DNA of 63,682 nucleotides, filler included, from Octopus bimaculoides (lineage: Eukaryota): assembly GCF_001194135.2 (NCBI RefSeq). It is 6 parts of 5 records of this genome, joined end to end, with 100 filler letters (N's around TTAATTAATTAA, not from the genome) between each part and the next. Parts side by side here need not be neighbours in the genome. Positions count along the whole stretch, not along the records: positions 42,995 to 53,829 come from NC_068984.1; positions 53,930 to 63,682 come from NC_068997.1; 4 more parts are not named here. One strand, given 5' to 3'. Shown here piece by piece: positions 50,780-63,682 of the stretch; position 1 is the stretch's first letter, and each line of letters opens with the position of its first letter. The translations under genes and the position numbers were made by a program. The notes under the pieces were generated by a model. That model saw nothing but the letters and a program-made list of their open reading frames with translations. It was not told the origin of the DNA and searched no databases.

Positions 50780-52350
50780 TTTTTAAAACGACGGACACTT
50801 TGGAGTTGTCGTCCCTGATGTACAAAATTATGTAGGAATGATAGCTAAAATATTTTTGAACATACGTCTGCTGGATTAAAGCTGACTTGAAGTTAAACAT
50901 TGATATGTACCCGATCGTGTTTACATCGTTTCTTGCAGGGGGATAGTGCAAAAGTTGTATAAGTCGAGTAGAATGGTTGATGATTTATGATGTTTTTCTC
51001 ATTTGAGAGCAAAGAAATCTGAATAAATTTTGAGCTATGCTCAAAGTTAAATGAACTATAATAGAATTTAAACAGTTCACGTCTAATTACTCATAGAGTA
51101 AAGAAAAGTGTAACTGAAGTCGACAATTTTTCAATCTCTTTACCAGGATATTACAACGACATTAAGACGCACATAACTTAGAATGAATGTATAATTAAAA
51201 CAATAATTTTCAAACAAATATGAATGTTCCATGCATCTCCTCATAATGATTTCTTACAAAGTTGATGGAGTCTCTTTATAAAAGTGGTAGACCAGAGACT
51301 TCGATGTGTTCATTGCTAACAATTATTCCTAATTACATTCGGAACAGAAATTAATCGTTTTCAAATCAATGGAGATAAAAATCGATTGCCCCTTTCACAT
51401 TCAGAATGATATATATTAACCGACAAGATGAATGGCTGAACAAGATTTTGGTGTATATCAGCCAGACAATTATCCGCCAAACGTAGGTGTATTTCACACA
51501 ATATGGTTTGGAGGTCATACACTCCAGTATAATGCGTTGTTTTTGTATTTGATGTTATATGAAATAAAATACTGAGTTAAAATTTCTTGGTATTTGAATC
51601 TCCATTGCCGGTTAATCAATCATTCATCTGCTTAATCAAATACAATAGTCATAAAGTTGAATTATGCTTCTGATGAGCCGGGTCAATAATCCTGCTTTGA
51701 ATCCCAATTAGTTACAATAATGTCATGTCCCTTACGCCCTTAATGATCCTGGGGGAATCATAAACACTACTATTTACACCTCAATAATGAATTTAAAATG
51801 TTGTACTGATGAATTTAACTGTTGCGTTTCCACAGATAAGGAATCTTAAAACTCATTAATAAACTCAACATTCCTGTAAAACCGATACCATACTCTAGTC
51901 ACGTATGTCTGTAAAATTGTATACACTATATAACTAACGAGTGCTTCATTAACTTGCAGTGCTGATTTCAAATCATTTCAGAGTTTCCTCTCTTATAGTC
52001 GAACTATTCACATTGTAATCGTTTCTCAACAAATCTAATTCTTACCAGCCAAAGCAGATGTGCAATCGATAAATTAGTGTCATACACAATATTAACGACC
52101 ATTGGATGAAATTGTTTCGGCTGTGGTTCGAAATAATAACGTAGAATCTTTGTGACCTTGCCCTGGCGTTTCGCAATCGATCACCAGCCTCTTTTGACTG
52201 GTGGAAAGAACCCTGCGTTAATTCAAAGGGTTAGCATATTTAATGCAGTTTACTAATAGAGACTTAATTAATGTTCACCAACATTGAAACGGGAAGATAC
52301 TACAAGGAACTTCCATACTTTCGGTTAAATGGATTATTGATAAGAAAGAA
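50780..52350 (-). mobile_element. Possible very old PLE RT relic
   Basis: LYIRDD-like motif near 50820 and only weak PLE-like peptides upstream. Confidence 0.3.
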
Positions 52351-52899
52351 ACAAGATTTGTTGAGGCTACGGCATTTTAACCTTAATTCGGTAGGCCTGA
52401 GATCAGAACACGTGTCCTTAATGAGATTTTAAGCTGCATCCAGTAATGAGGCCCTGGTTCGGGAGTTCCAGGGTCTTGAGGAATTTGGAACTATTATTTA
52501 GCCACTATTGATCCCAGGTCTGTTACTTAAAGTAGTAGCACCCGTCAGGGTCTCAGGTTTTGGTTGATTAGCATGCTATGGCAGAAACCCCAAGCACAAA
52601 ACTAAACACAATAAAGAAAATGATAATGTGAAAAAGAGCAATAAATCATCCAATTGAGCTTATAGATTTACTAGAATTGCCTATTAAAATAACGAATAAA
52701 GTGTATTACAATAATAAAATAGAATCTAAAGACAATAAAATGTCTAGCATGTATAATAATAGCGAGGATAAGAATGTGAAGAATGGAACCTATTCTAATA
52801 GTAACATAAACACTGATAACGATACTGTAATTAATAATTAGACTAGAAGTTCAGAAAGTAATAGAGGGGCTGATAGGATCCGATTTCATAAACATAAGA

Positions 52900-53140
52900 A
52901 TATTAAGAATAATTACGTGGTCTAGTATAACATTCCTTTCAATTGTGCAATCTCTCCTAATATATATTGTGCGTATATTGTGCAATATAATAACTTTATG
53001 GCGATTATGAATAAAAAATTCCCAGCTTCACATAAATATAGTAAATTCTTCTCCCGTTATAGAATCAGAATCTCATATTCTACCCTTCTAAATATAGGTA
53101 CGATTATAGCCCACTTAAACAGAAGAAATATAAACTTAGC
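52900..53140 (+). mobile_element. Penelope-like linker-domain relic
   Basis: VV*YNIPFN...FMAIMNKKFPASHKYSKFFSRYRIRISYSTLLNIGTIIAHLNRR matches the PLE WYNPP/F...HKY.KIF...ISYS motif. Confidence 0.7.
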
Positions 53141-53520
53141 CCACGAGGTTGATAATAATAACGGTAATAGTGGATTAGTTCATGAGACTTCCCTCTAATA
53201 AACGTTTTAATTCTGAGTTTAACGTCCAATAATTTTTAGTTTAAACTATAGCATTGGTGGGATAAGTATTACTTCTATCTTTATTAATTTAACCTAAAAC
53301 TTCGTTTAAATTGTATTTTAAACGAAAGATTTAAGATTAGTTTTGAATATAATATTTCTATTAGTTTATATTATAATAAACGTAAAGGTAATTATGGCAT
53401 GTTTATAATTTATAATTTTTGATACATTTAATAATATTTTTTTATCTTAATATAAGTATTTTATATACATTCATTTGTTATTTATTGTTGGTTGATATTT
53501 TATTATTATTACTGTTGTAT

Positions 53521-53640
53521 TTGGACCTGAAGATTAGCTATATTTTTGAATAGAATTGATTTTCGATCGTTTTAATCGATCTGAATACTTTTAATTTTCT
53601 ATTTGAAAATTTGGTCATGAAACACGTGTAGTTGTTTTAT
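53521..53640 (+). ncRNA. Decayed hammerhead-like motif with very long stem II
   Basis: CTGAAGA at 53527-53533; ~85-nt partly paired insert; GAAA at 53619-53622; palindromic ACACGTGT helix III; GUA triplet; stem I only 3 bp. Confidence 0.45.
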
Positions 53641-56600
53641 TATCTTTATCTTATGATATTTACTTTGTATTATATTATACTTATTTATCGTGCTTTTACT
53701 TATTAATTTTTCTATATGTGACTGTGGATTTTCATGGATTAGTTCATGAACTTTGGTTCTTTTCTCTAAAACTATATATCTATCTATATATATATGTATG
53801 TGTGTGTGTATATACATATACACATACATNNNNNNNNNNNNNNNNNNNNNNNNNNNNNNNNNNNNNNNNNNNNTTAATTAATTAANNNNNNNNNNNNNNN
53901 NNNNNNNNNNNNNNNNNNNNNNNNNNNNNATATATATATATATATATATATACAACCTAAATTAGGCAGCGGTTTAGCAATTTAACACCAAGAAGGAACG
54001 TTATAATTGTCATTACATTTTGACAGAGTGTGTTTGAATACCTACAATGGACAGCTCTCAGAAATTAAAAATAAAAATAAAATGGATTAGCTATCGCTGG
54101 ATATTTTACTTGTCCGAATCTCAAAGGGATGTTTTCGTCCAGCTCTGTAAGCATCTGTATTCTAAATTACCCGAACATTTCGTACTTTTTCGTATTTTAG
54201 TTTAGTTAACATATCCATTGTTGGACAAAACGTCAACTATTCAGGAATGTCCTTCATAGTACACATAAAATTAATGTTACTGAAGGAGAAACGTTATCTG
54301 TGTCTATTTCAGGTGTGTTTCGCAATCTCTAACAAGGTGTGCTAATAAAGCACACACATCCAACATGACTTGCCTTTAAAATAGGAAGCGAATATAATAC
54401 AAAACTTGGAATTATGATCTAGTTCTATATATCCATGTAATGTTTTTTTTGTGATTGCTTTGAAGCAATATACCGCAGATTGAAGTAAAAGATAATGATT
54501 ACAAAAGTAAAAGGAAACATCTGATAAAAGAAAATGTATATGAAAATTACGTCATTTTTAGATACTTATTCCCGAGGAAATATATTTTGTACATATTATT
54601 GCAGGTGGTAAGAGGAAAATAAGCCGATAATGTAATAGCATAAAGATGAGTTCCTGCATCTATTGGTAAATATACTTTTGAAATGAATGCACATTCATGT
54701 AGGAAGATACGGGAGACAAATCTTGGGAATAAAAACAGTAAAATGATTTTATGACTAAAGATCAAGTCATACAATCATACCTACATACACTCACATACAT
54801 ATATGCACACATACATATACTTGTGTGTCTGTGTGCCAATATATTTACTCTTCTATGCATTTATGTAGGTGCGCATATATACAAATTTAATTTAGCAACC
54901 AACTTCTATAATTTCTCCATTCAGATTCGATTTTTAATTAATAAATCTTTATACGAAACTTAATAAGTAACTAGATATTATTAATGACATATCGATTGAA
55001 AAGTACATAAATTGACCCATCAATTTTTCTGCATTATATATGAATAAATGTGTGTAATCTTCGCCGAAATAATGTAAACAATCCGAGAGATGAGAAGATA
55101 TTTCCTTTCATTTATGTTACTAATGTTCTGAGTAAGCATTATTTTCATCAATGGCTTCTTTTTTTCGCTTACTTTATTTGTACTTTAGCTAAAATGAAAT
55201 ATTGATTTGACAACGCAATTTATTATCTATAAATTTTGTGTAAATATTTGCTTATTTGAATACAACATACGCATTCAGCCACTCTCCTCACCAGTTTGGC
55301 TAATAAATGTATTTTGCATTGAAAGGAACAGATTTCAAAATTTCATGCTCGATGGAAGCCAAAGCAGCGATGAGACAAAATCATATTCAGGAATTAAGCA
55401 GGTTCGCGCAGCAACCGTACAGTTTATATATCAAATATCATCCATGATTCCAATGAAGTTTCTAATCTATAACCCTGGTTCTTCAGTTACTTATGGATAC
55501 GTATTTGATTTTCAAACCGTATTATATAGCTTTAATACATCCAATATTATTCATTCTCATAATTATTAATGGAACCTACATATCTTTAAGAGGTTCAAAC
55601 CTCAGGGGACAGCAATGCCGTTAAGTGTACAATATTGTAAAATGCTATCTCATATATGTAAACAAATTTAGGTGTCATAGACAGTGGTTTATATTCACAC
55701 AGAAGGCAGTGGTTTATATTCACACTGCCTATGTGCCGAATGAAGAAGATAGTTAAAATTTTAATCTCCACTAGCGATAACGTGTTATACCTAAAGGAAG
55801 AAAACAGTTGAGTAGAATATCTAGTACTGTATCTGGATCTACAAAAATCAGTCCAGTTTCCAGCCTTCATTGATATTTTTGAATTGAAAATAACAGAGCA
55901 TCTTTGACTTTTAATCTTTTATTATCACCTTTGAATTTATTTAGATGTGATAAAGTTTATATCATCTCTATAGGGGTAATAGTTACATAGTCTCGGTATT
56001 CAGTATTTACTTTATTTTATAAGTGCATGGTATACTTGGGTAATCGTTTTATGTTGTAATGTACCTCTTTGCATAGGCATAGATATTTTCTATCTTCATT
56101 GATTTTGTATAAACAAAATAAAAATGTTCCGCTGATGAAATCCAACTGAAGCGAAGCAATCTCCACATTTGTCATTGTACTGAAGGGCAAACTATTCCCC
56201 GTACTACAATCCATAATTTTTACTTGTGTATTTGTTACTACATAACTTCTGATCTAGCGCATCAATGTGTTTCAAACATTTTTAATAAGAATATGTCATT
56301 TGTTCTAAGTCGGCGTCCTGTAATTTTGCTTCGTATCATACATAACCAATAGCGAAATGCGTGAGGTTATCCGAATATAATGGCGCAGTCAATAGAAATT
56401 TATGTAGTTTGTAAGTGAACAAAACTTGAAATAGTTAGGCAATTACCTGTCCATTAACACAGATGAATGTAAATACTAGATAGTAGTATGACTTACAATT
56501 AGATCTAAACAGCAGTAAACTGTAACTACATAAAGTGCTGAGATAAGTTTGATGTTGAATATTATGTAATGGTGGCAATATATAATCCACATGTCTCAGA

Positions 56601-57363
56601 TTAAAGGAAGTGCGGTGAAACAATAAACCAATTTATCCTTAGTATAATTCGACCAATGGGCTACACATTTACATAGATATATTAATGTCTACTTATGGCT
56701 GGAGAATATAATGTATCGTTTCAGTAGGTTATGAAACAAATACTTTCGAGGGGATACATTCAATAATCATTGCTTCTGTTAATACCCTTCCAATAGATTT
56801 ACCGACCACGCACTCTTGAAACCAATGGTGATTTCTGTGCTACTTGATCTCAGGAATAAAGATACGACTAAATACGAACATTTTGCAGACAAATTTGAGT
56901 TGCATCTATTGATGACATATATCAATGACAAACAAAGGCTTTATTGATGTTGTTCCAATTAGTTATCAAAATACTATCATTGGTTCATTTCACTGAATAT
57001 TTACCCAACAGAAAACACCTGAAACTCTTCCTTTGATCTTAATGACATTAACTGTAGAGATATTAATTAACGTTTAAATATTAAACGTGTTTCTAAATAT
57101 TCTATGTCTTATCAGTATCACTGAAATTGTTCCCGATTCTATAGTTTTATTTAATGCAATGTAGACATTTGATTAATTACAGATGAGTATTGTAAAATAG
57201 TTAATTGAATTACTTGTTATTAATTTTTGTTTTGATTGCCATGAATGATCTTCCTGCACAAAAGAATTTTCTAAATGTTCCTGTGATGAGAAGTCAACAA
57301 TGTTCATGTTTAATTTAATTTGATTCTGTGTATATTTGCATTGATACATACATACATACATAC

Positions 57364-57460
<97 letters not shown>

Positions 57461-57490
57461 GGTGTGTGTACATATATGTATATACATATA

Positions 57491-57538
<48 letters not shown>

Positions 57539-58699
57539 AGTGTGTGTGTGTGTGTGTGTGTGCGTGTGTGTATGTACATATACCATTTTCCTTCGAGATA
57601 GCATGAATACAAAATGGCTGTTAAAAGTAAATATGCAAATATACATATGATTAATCTGGAAACTCATCGACTCTGGGCCGAAGAAAACATACACATATCT
57701 TCTCATCTGGTCTTACAATCATCAATATGTTTTAATTAATGAAGCATAAATTACAAAATAGCAAATGTCAACTAATCAAATCCATTAACATGCAGATGCT
57801 TAAGCAACGACAGCATGAAACCAAGGAACGAATGGCCCAAATACTGCTGCTTTTTATACTTCCATACGTACACCATCTGTTACACGTATACGTAACAGCG
57901 TGGAATGTCTTCCCCTTTGGGGAATCATTCGTTTTCAATGAAGAATTCTTACCAATATCCTATATGAGATGTAATTTTCAAAGGCTGTTCTTAATTTGAT
58001 GCGTGATTTTCTAAACTCTGTTGAATTCAATAAATTAACTTGAAAATAAAGATGAATATTTTCATCTGCTGAAATCCGTGACTTGTTATATTTGGCTTAT
58101 TTTTCTTTTGCTATTCACTCCATGGTGAGTGTCAAAGTAGTTGATTCAATGATCCATATATTTCAATTCGAACATATCTTTATTATCAAATCTAAAAGAA
58201 AGGTTTCAGTGTGAAATATGTTGCAAAGCTTTGTCAGATGTTTATATGAGTGAAATAAAAACTAATAAGCATTTGTTAAATGTTGATCTAAACAAAGCAA
58301 AAAACAAAAACAAAAAAAAACAAAGCTTTTTCGACGCATGAGCTAAACGGATACCACAAGGAAAATCTATGTGATTTAAGCATAAGATTATTGAAATTCT
58401 ATGACTAAATATGGAAGCAAAGGAAAAGAAATGAAGGCAATTGAACAAACTTTGACTGAATCGAGTTCTCTAGTGGATCTAACCAAAACATTTCTCCATT
58501 TTCACTATTAAACTGTACGTGTGAGAAGAGAATCATTGGCATAGCAAATTGGCACCAGGAATCATGCTTTGCTTCAATTATTTGGTAGTTTCTTTTTTTA
58601 ACTCAAAGCATGGTGTTGTCATTTGCAGACTTTTCCACAATATGTTATTGTTTGTTCCTTCCGCAGCCATGCCTGGCTCATAAGAGCCGATTTCCTTCT

Positions 58700-58930
58700 G
58701 TTTCATTGGGACGCCGGTCCCTCACAGATGAGCTGCTAGGTGCATAAGGAAAGAGTGAGAGAAAGTTGTGGTGAAAGAGTCAGCAGAATTTCGCCATTAC
58801 CATCTGCTGGAGCCGCGTGGAGCTTAGGTATTTGACTCATACACACACACATCGCCCAGTTTGAAATTCGAACCCGCGACCCCCTCGCCTGCCAGTCCAC
58901 TGCTCTAACCACTAGGCCATGTGCCTCCAC
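58700..58930 (-). mobile_element. tRNA-headed SINE (same head as 24316)
   Basis: Minus strand GGAGGCACATGGCCTAGTGGTTAGAGCAG...GGGTTCGAATTTC; body shared with the 24316 copy. Confidence 0.85.
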
Positions 58931-60521
58931 TTTCCACAGTATAGTCTCTCAATATTAGTTGAACAAGTTTTTCTTTCCTTTGCTCCTTTGAAGCAGTTAC
59001 AATATGTTAGACGATTTGTAAAACGTTTAATCCTTCATTGAATAGAGTTGTAAAACCACTTTCCAAAATATTTGTAATTAATGTACAAGTTACAGAAATA
59101 TTAGAATATTTGACTCTTATATGCATATGATTCTGAACATATCTCCTCACACACATTCCAAAAGAGAAAATTAGCTTTTTTTATTGAGATCAAGTTATTC
59201 CATAAAGCAAGAAATACTCCATACTGATATACTGTGAGTTAAGTACCAGTAATATGTTTTAACTTGTTCAATGAAAATGAGTAATGCGTATTAAAGTCAG
59301 TAGATCAAGGCTTTTTTTAATTCTGACGACAAATTCTGATACGAATTGATTTATTCGTTATCAGTTCGTTAATAAATTACCAGATTATGCTCACTGATAA
59401 ATGCATACATTGTTATGAAAATATAAGTACTTCAACCGTAGATGGAAACCTCCTCAATCTCTCGATTAACCAGAAACATGCTTCCTGCTCAAAATGCTTG
59501 AGGGAGTTTGGGAACCGTTATTGGAAGCTTGAATCTTTTTTTTTTTTTTTCATCAACACATTGTATAAATACGCGGGAATTATATTTGATTTCGCAAGCA
59601 AAATACGTTTAAATAATGAAATATTGACTACATCTGCGTTGTGACAACTAATTAACTCGTAATTTGAATTAGTTTTCCATACACATTTAATTGGAACTCT
59701 GGCATCAAAATGTCATTCATTGGATGTTGTTGAAAATATATTGGATATTGGTGAAATTATTTATTTGTCTTTCACCATTTATAATTACTGCTGATTGTTG
59801 TCAAGTTTCTTTCGTCAGGTCAAGATATCTCACAAGCCAAAAGCGTGCGTTGACACCTACTAACCTGATTCTAATGATTTGATTGCAAAATATTTCTTCA
59901 CGACCGATACACACATAATAATATATTGTCAAATGATAACAACATATACTTGTAACTTTAGGTCAGCGCGATTCAAAGAATAAACATGTAAATCATTTTT
60001 ATTATGTCCAGATGATTTGAATATGCCAATTAATTTTTTTGAACCCATACTTTTACGCTTATTCATTCTACTTTTTATATTTTCTTACATGCAATTAATG
60101 CTTCATTAGGTGTTAACATCTAGTTAAAAATCCTACGGCTCCTACTCTTTAAATATTTCAGAACATTTTTAGTCACAACTTCCGAGTTTCAATGTGTGTT
60201 ATGCTTAGCATATCAAGTAATCAACATGTTGTTGACATATCCCGATGACGTTTTTTCCTGGTAGTAATTATTGAAATGAATATCACCTGAGTAGTGATCT
60301 TGTTCCTGTTAAGTTCCTAAGTCCTGGTTTCAACAAGCTATTAAATCTTTTCCAAAAATAGATTATGTTGCCTGTTACTAAGATGCTATTTGAAACACTT
60401 CTATACCAAATATTGTTTTGTATACTCATCTATATGCGCGTTTCTACGTGAGAGCGTTTGTGTATACCTGCATGTGTGTGTGTGTGTCTGTGATACAGAG
60501 CGAGAGAGAGAGAGAGAGAGA

Positions 60522-60583
<62 letters not shown>

Positions 60584-61274
60584 GTGTTTCCTAGAGTGAG
60601 ATCTTAAATAAATTAGGAGTCCTGAAACGCCTTTGTAGATGTGATCACATATACGCAGAATCTGATTCCATATAAATGATTACGTTATAAATTCAAACTT
60701 TTTTTCACATGTTCCATATTTTCATTTGCTCCCACACTTCTTGGTTATAATTGCACGTTCAACTGACGAGAAATGATCATTCTTCTGTAGGTAGCATTCA
60801 TGCTAACCATTGAAGTGTGTATACTGCATTGATTAATCAAAGTATATTATAGAGATATGAATTGGCTACGCGTTGAAAAACGGTTTAATAGACTGGAGAT
60901 TTGTAATAAATTTTAAATGTCAAAACTGCGGTCAGTTGTAATATCTGTTTGCTGCATGACGATGTTGTCCATTCTATAAGTATGAGCAATTTGAAAATAT
61001 GTAATATACTGTCTATGTATCTCATACAATATACTGGACGTTGTGTTGGCTATAACTACGAAGATGTAAGTACTAATAATATTTGTTGAAAGAAAATTGG
61101 AATTAAATATCTCAATTTTTAAATATTCATAAAATATAATACTAAATGATCGATGCTCCCTACAGGAACATTGCACGGTTGCAATCAAGAATAAGGAACC
61201 TGAAAAAGTATTGGAATCTAGAAGTCTATGATCGTAATAAACTTCAGTTTCCTATGCACACTGAAGAATATATA

Positions 61275-61408
61275 AAGAATTCTCAACCACATGGTTCCGT
61301 GTTCAGCTTCCCCGTGTGGCATTTGAAGTAAATGTCTTCAAATATAGCTTCGCGTCGACCAAAACCTTGTGAGTGGATTTGATTGATAGAAACAGGGACA
61401 ATTCTGTC

Positions 61409-61465
<57 letters not shown>

Positions 61466-61600
61466 CATGTGTGAGTGTGTGTGCGTGTATCTCTGTATGT
61501 TTGTATATATGTTTGTATATATATGTTTCGACTTATACACTTGAAAGCGGTGCCCCAGTATTGCCACAGTCAAAGGATCCAACCAAAGAAAAAATGAAAT
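61275..61600 (+). mobile_element. Decayed bipartite SINE with internal (TA)n
   Basis: GACCAAAACCTTGTGAGTGGATTTG, then (TA)n, then GGTGCCCCAGTATTGCCACAGTCAAA tail. Confidence 0.7.
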
Positions 61601-63637
61601 ATAGAATATATATATCCAGTATAAATAAAGTAAAAGCATAATACAGTCAATTTTACATATCAACACACACACACACACACACGAACATACGCCCGCTAAT
61701 GCACACCCACCCACGCGTACTCAGAGACGCACACACACACACATTCAAACAGACGAGTATCCATGTGACGTCATTGCACCACCAAAAGCAATGTCTGTAG
61801 AAATCCATTAACTCCCTAGTAGCAGGAACATTTTTAAAGCAAGTGTACAATATATTTATTTATTCATTTTCGTTTTATTGTCAGTGACTGAGGTGCTTGA
61901 ATATAGGCGTTGGTTACTCATAATGTCTTGCCTAAATATGATATCTACGGCTTATTAATCTCTGCTTCTTCCCATAAAGCTCCGTAAATAAACATAAATA
62001 GCTATTACAATTGATTTTATGTTCGTTCTACAGAAAGTGAAGGCACAGGAAGACAGCAACAGACACAGCTATGTTGATATTCTGTGAAGAGATTTTTATC
62101 CCATTATATTATGATTATATTTATAAGTAGAAAACATGTATCCCAAAAGAGTTGATATGGCGTAGCAATCATATGTTGGATTACTTGAATTCTCAACAGA
62201 AACCTCATTTGTTCTTGTCATATGTCAAGAACTCATCATATGAATGAGAAGATCATCCCTGCCCTCTTCCCCGATCGTTCGTTATAGATATTTTGGTTAG
62301 GTGGGTGTCTGTTTCCATAATCTGAGGAGTATTCTCTAGTGACAGATTAGCCAAGAGCTCCCCATATTATTCATCCAATTATTTATTGTTCAATATGCAT
62401 CTCGACTGAAATAATATCACAGCGACACTTTTACTTACAAAGTCACCATTCACATAACTCTAAAAAAGGAATTTACTAGAATTATACATGCCAAAATAAA
62501 CCGAATGAACAAATTGTATATATGTAACGCTCGCACGAAACTGAAAGACAAGATTCTTTAAAAGTAGAACCTGTGCTGACTATGGTATTCATCATTGTAG
62601 AGGTAATGGTCACTAAAGTGGAACATACCTGCACCTATATATCGAATTTATTAGTGAAACTAGTAAGGACGGACGAAAGCTCTCCGCCTTACGTAACTGA
62701 AGATAAATAGACAACTTTATTCAGTATGAAACTATAATAAGATACTATAATATGAAACTATAATTTGAGAAAAACTTTTCTTTCTTATGTCAACTGGTCA
62801 AATAGGGAAGTTAGAGACCTTTCCATATTTGAGTAGCAGAAATATATTCTGCACATCAATTGTATTTAGTGCTTTAGAATCTTGTACCACTGTACAAATG
62901 CCAAAAAAATATTTACCTCAAAATATTTAAAAAGTTAGAACAGTTCTATTTTTGAGGTAATATATTGTGACGTTGCAGAAATAGATAGTTAATAGTTTTC
63001 TCTTGTATATCTTGGCTGGACAAGAACAGAAGCACAGCTCTGTGAAAAATGAACCAGGAGATAAAGAAAGTTAAATGTCAACTGATTGTGCGCACACTAA
63101 CAAAACATCTAGTAGGTGTTAAAAGAAACACTATTGCATGGGAAATAGTCACGTTATCAACAATAAGTTAAACTAGAGAGCATGGTGTAGGTCTGATAAA
63201 GGTCAAGAACTAGTTTGGGATTGATTGACAAAGGTTACCATCGATGTTATGTGTGAAAGTCTCGGAGCAGAAAGAAATCGGCAGAAAATTGCTTAATATA
63301 TCGCAGTTCATTCGTAAATAAAACCTATGATTAAATGATGAGAAGTGGAATGATGTCATGGGCCCAACGTTAAAATCCTGTCGCCCAAACTGAAAATCGA
63401 TAAAACAGAAATTCTACTTATAATATTATATAATATATCACATAGCACTTCTAAAATAGGTGTCGTTGTCCTTCGTTTAGTAATAGGAAGCAAAGCGGTC
63501 ATAAACATATCGCCATTAAATAGGCAGGAAAATAAACTCCTCATTTCAACGGAATAATATATTATTCATTTGATATATTGGTCATTTAGCCGTGCTAAAA
63601 ATCAAATTGCATTCATTTGATAGTGTATACTTCGTTG

Positions 63638-63682
<45 letters not shown>

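Noticed and set aside
51665-51710. CTGATGA followed by a weak hairpin
   Set aside because: GAAA and helix III are absent.
59337-59365. Small hairpins (CTGATA-CGAAT/ATTCG-TATCAG; also CTGTTAC/GTAACAG near 57877)
   Set aside because: Short isolated stems are expected by chance in 64 kb of AT-rich DNA.
60755-60790. CTGACGA-GAAA-TGATCA-TT hammerhead-like string
   Set aside because: No stem II at all and no stem I complementarity.

Overview
AT-rich, microsatellite-dense eukaryotic DNA from a gapped draft assembly. The SINE families and repeat landscape point to an octopus/coleoid cephalopod genome (inference). No host protein-coding gene can be confidently supported, and most long ORFs in the track are translated microsatellites or run through N gaps. 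The window is largely decayed transposons: RTE, R4/Dong and CR1/L2-group LINEs, at least four Penelope-like (PLE) relics, a Ty3/Gypsy gag-protease relic, a hAT (SPIN/GTF2IRD2-like) transposase pseudogene, a Helitron relic, hAT and mariner MITEs, and many tRNA-derived SINEs. The main hidden signal is a set of hammerhead ribozymes (HHRs) that I folded by eye. Three have complete catalytic cores (228-296 +, 9305-9375 +, 27195-27260 -) and there are several decayed relatives; some flank PLE relics and some stand alone, retrozyme-like. Other notable structures are a 276-bp spacer-less palindrome (15267-15542), a tRNA-Glu-headed minimal SINE, and a 25-codon (GTA)n expansion in a LINE endonuclease active-site motif. 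All folds and family assignments are manual and need computational confirmation.
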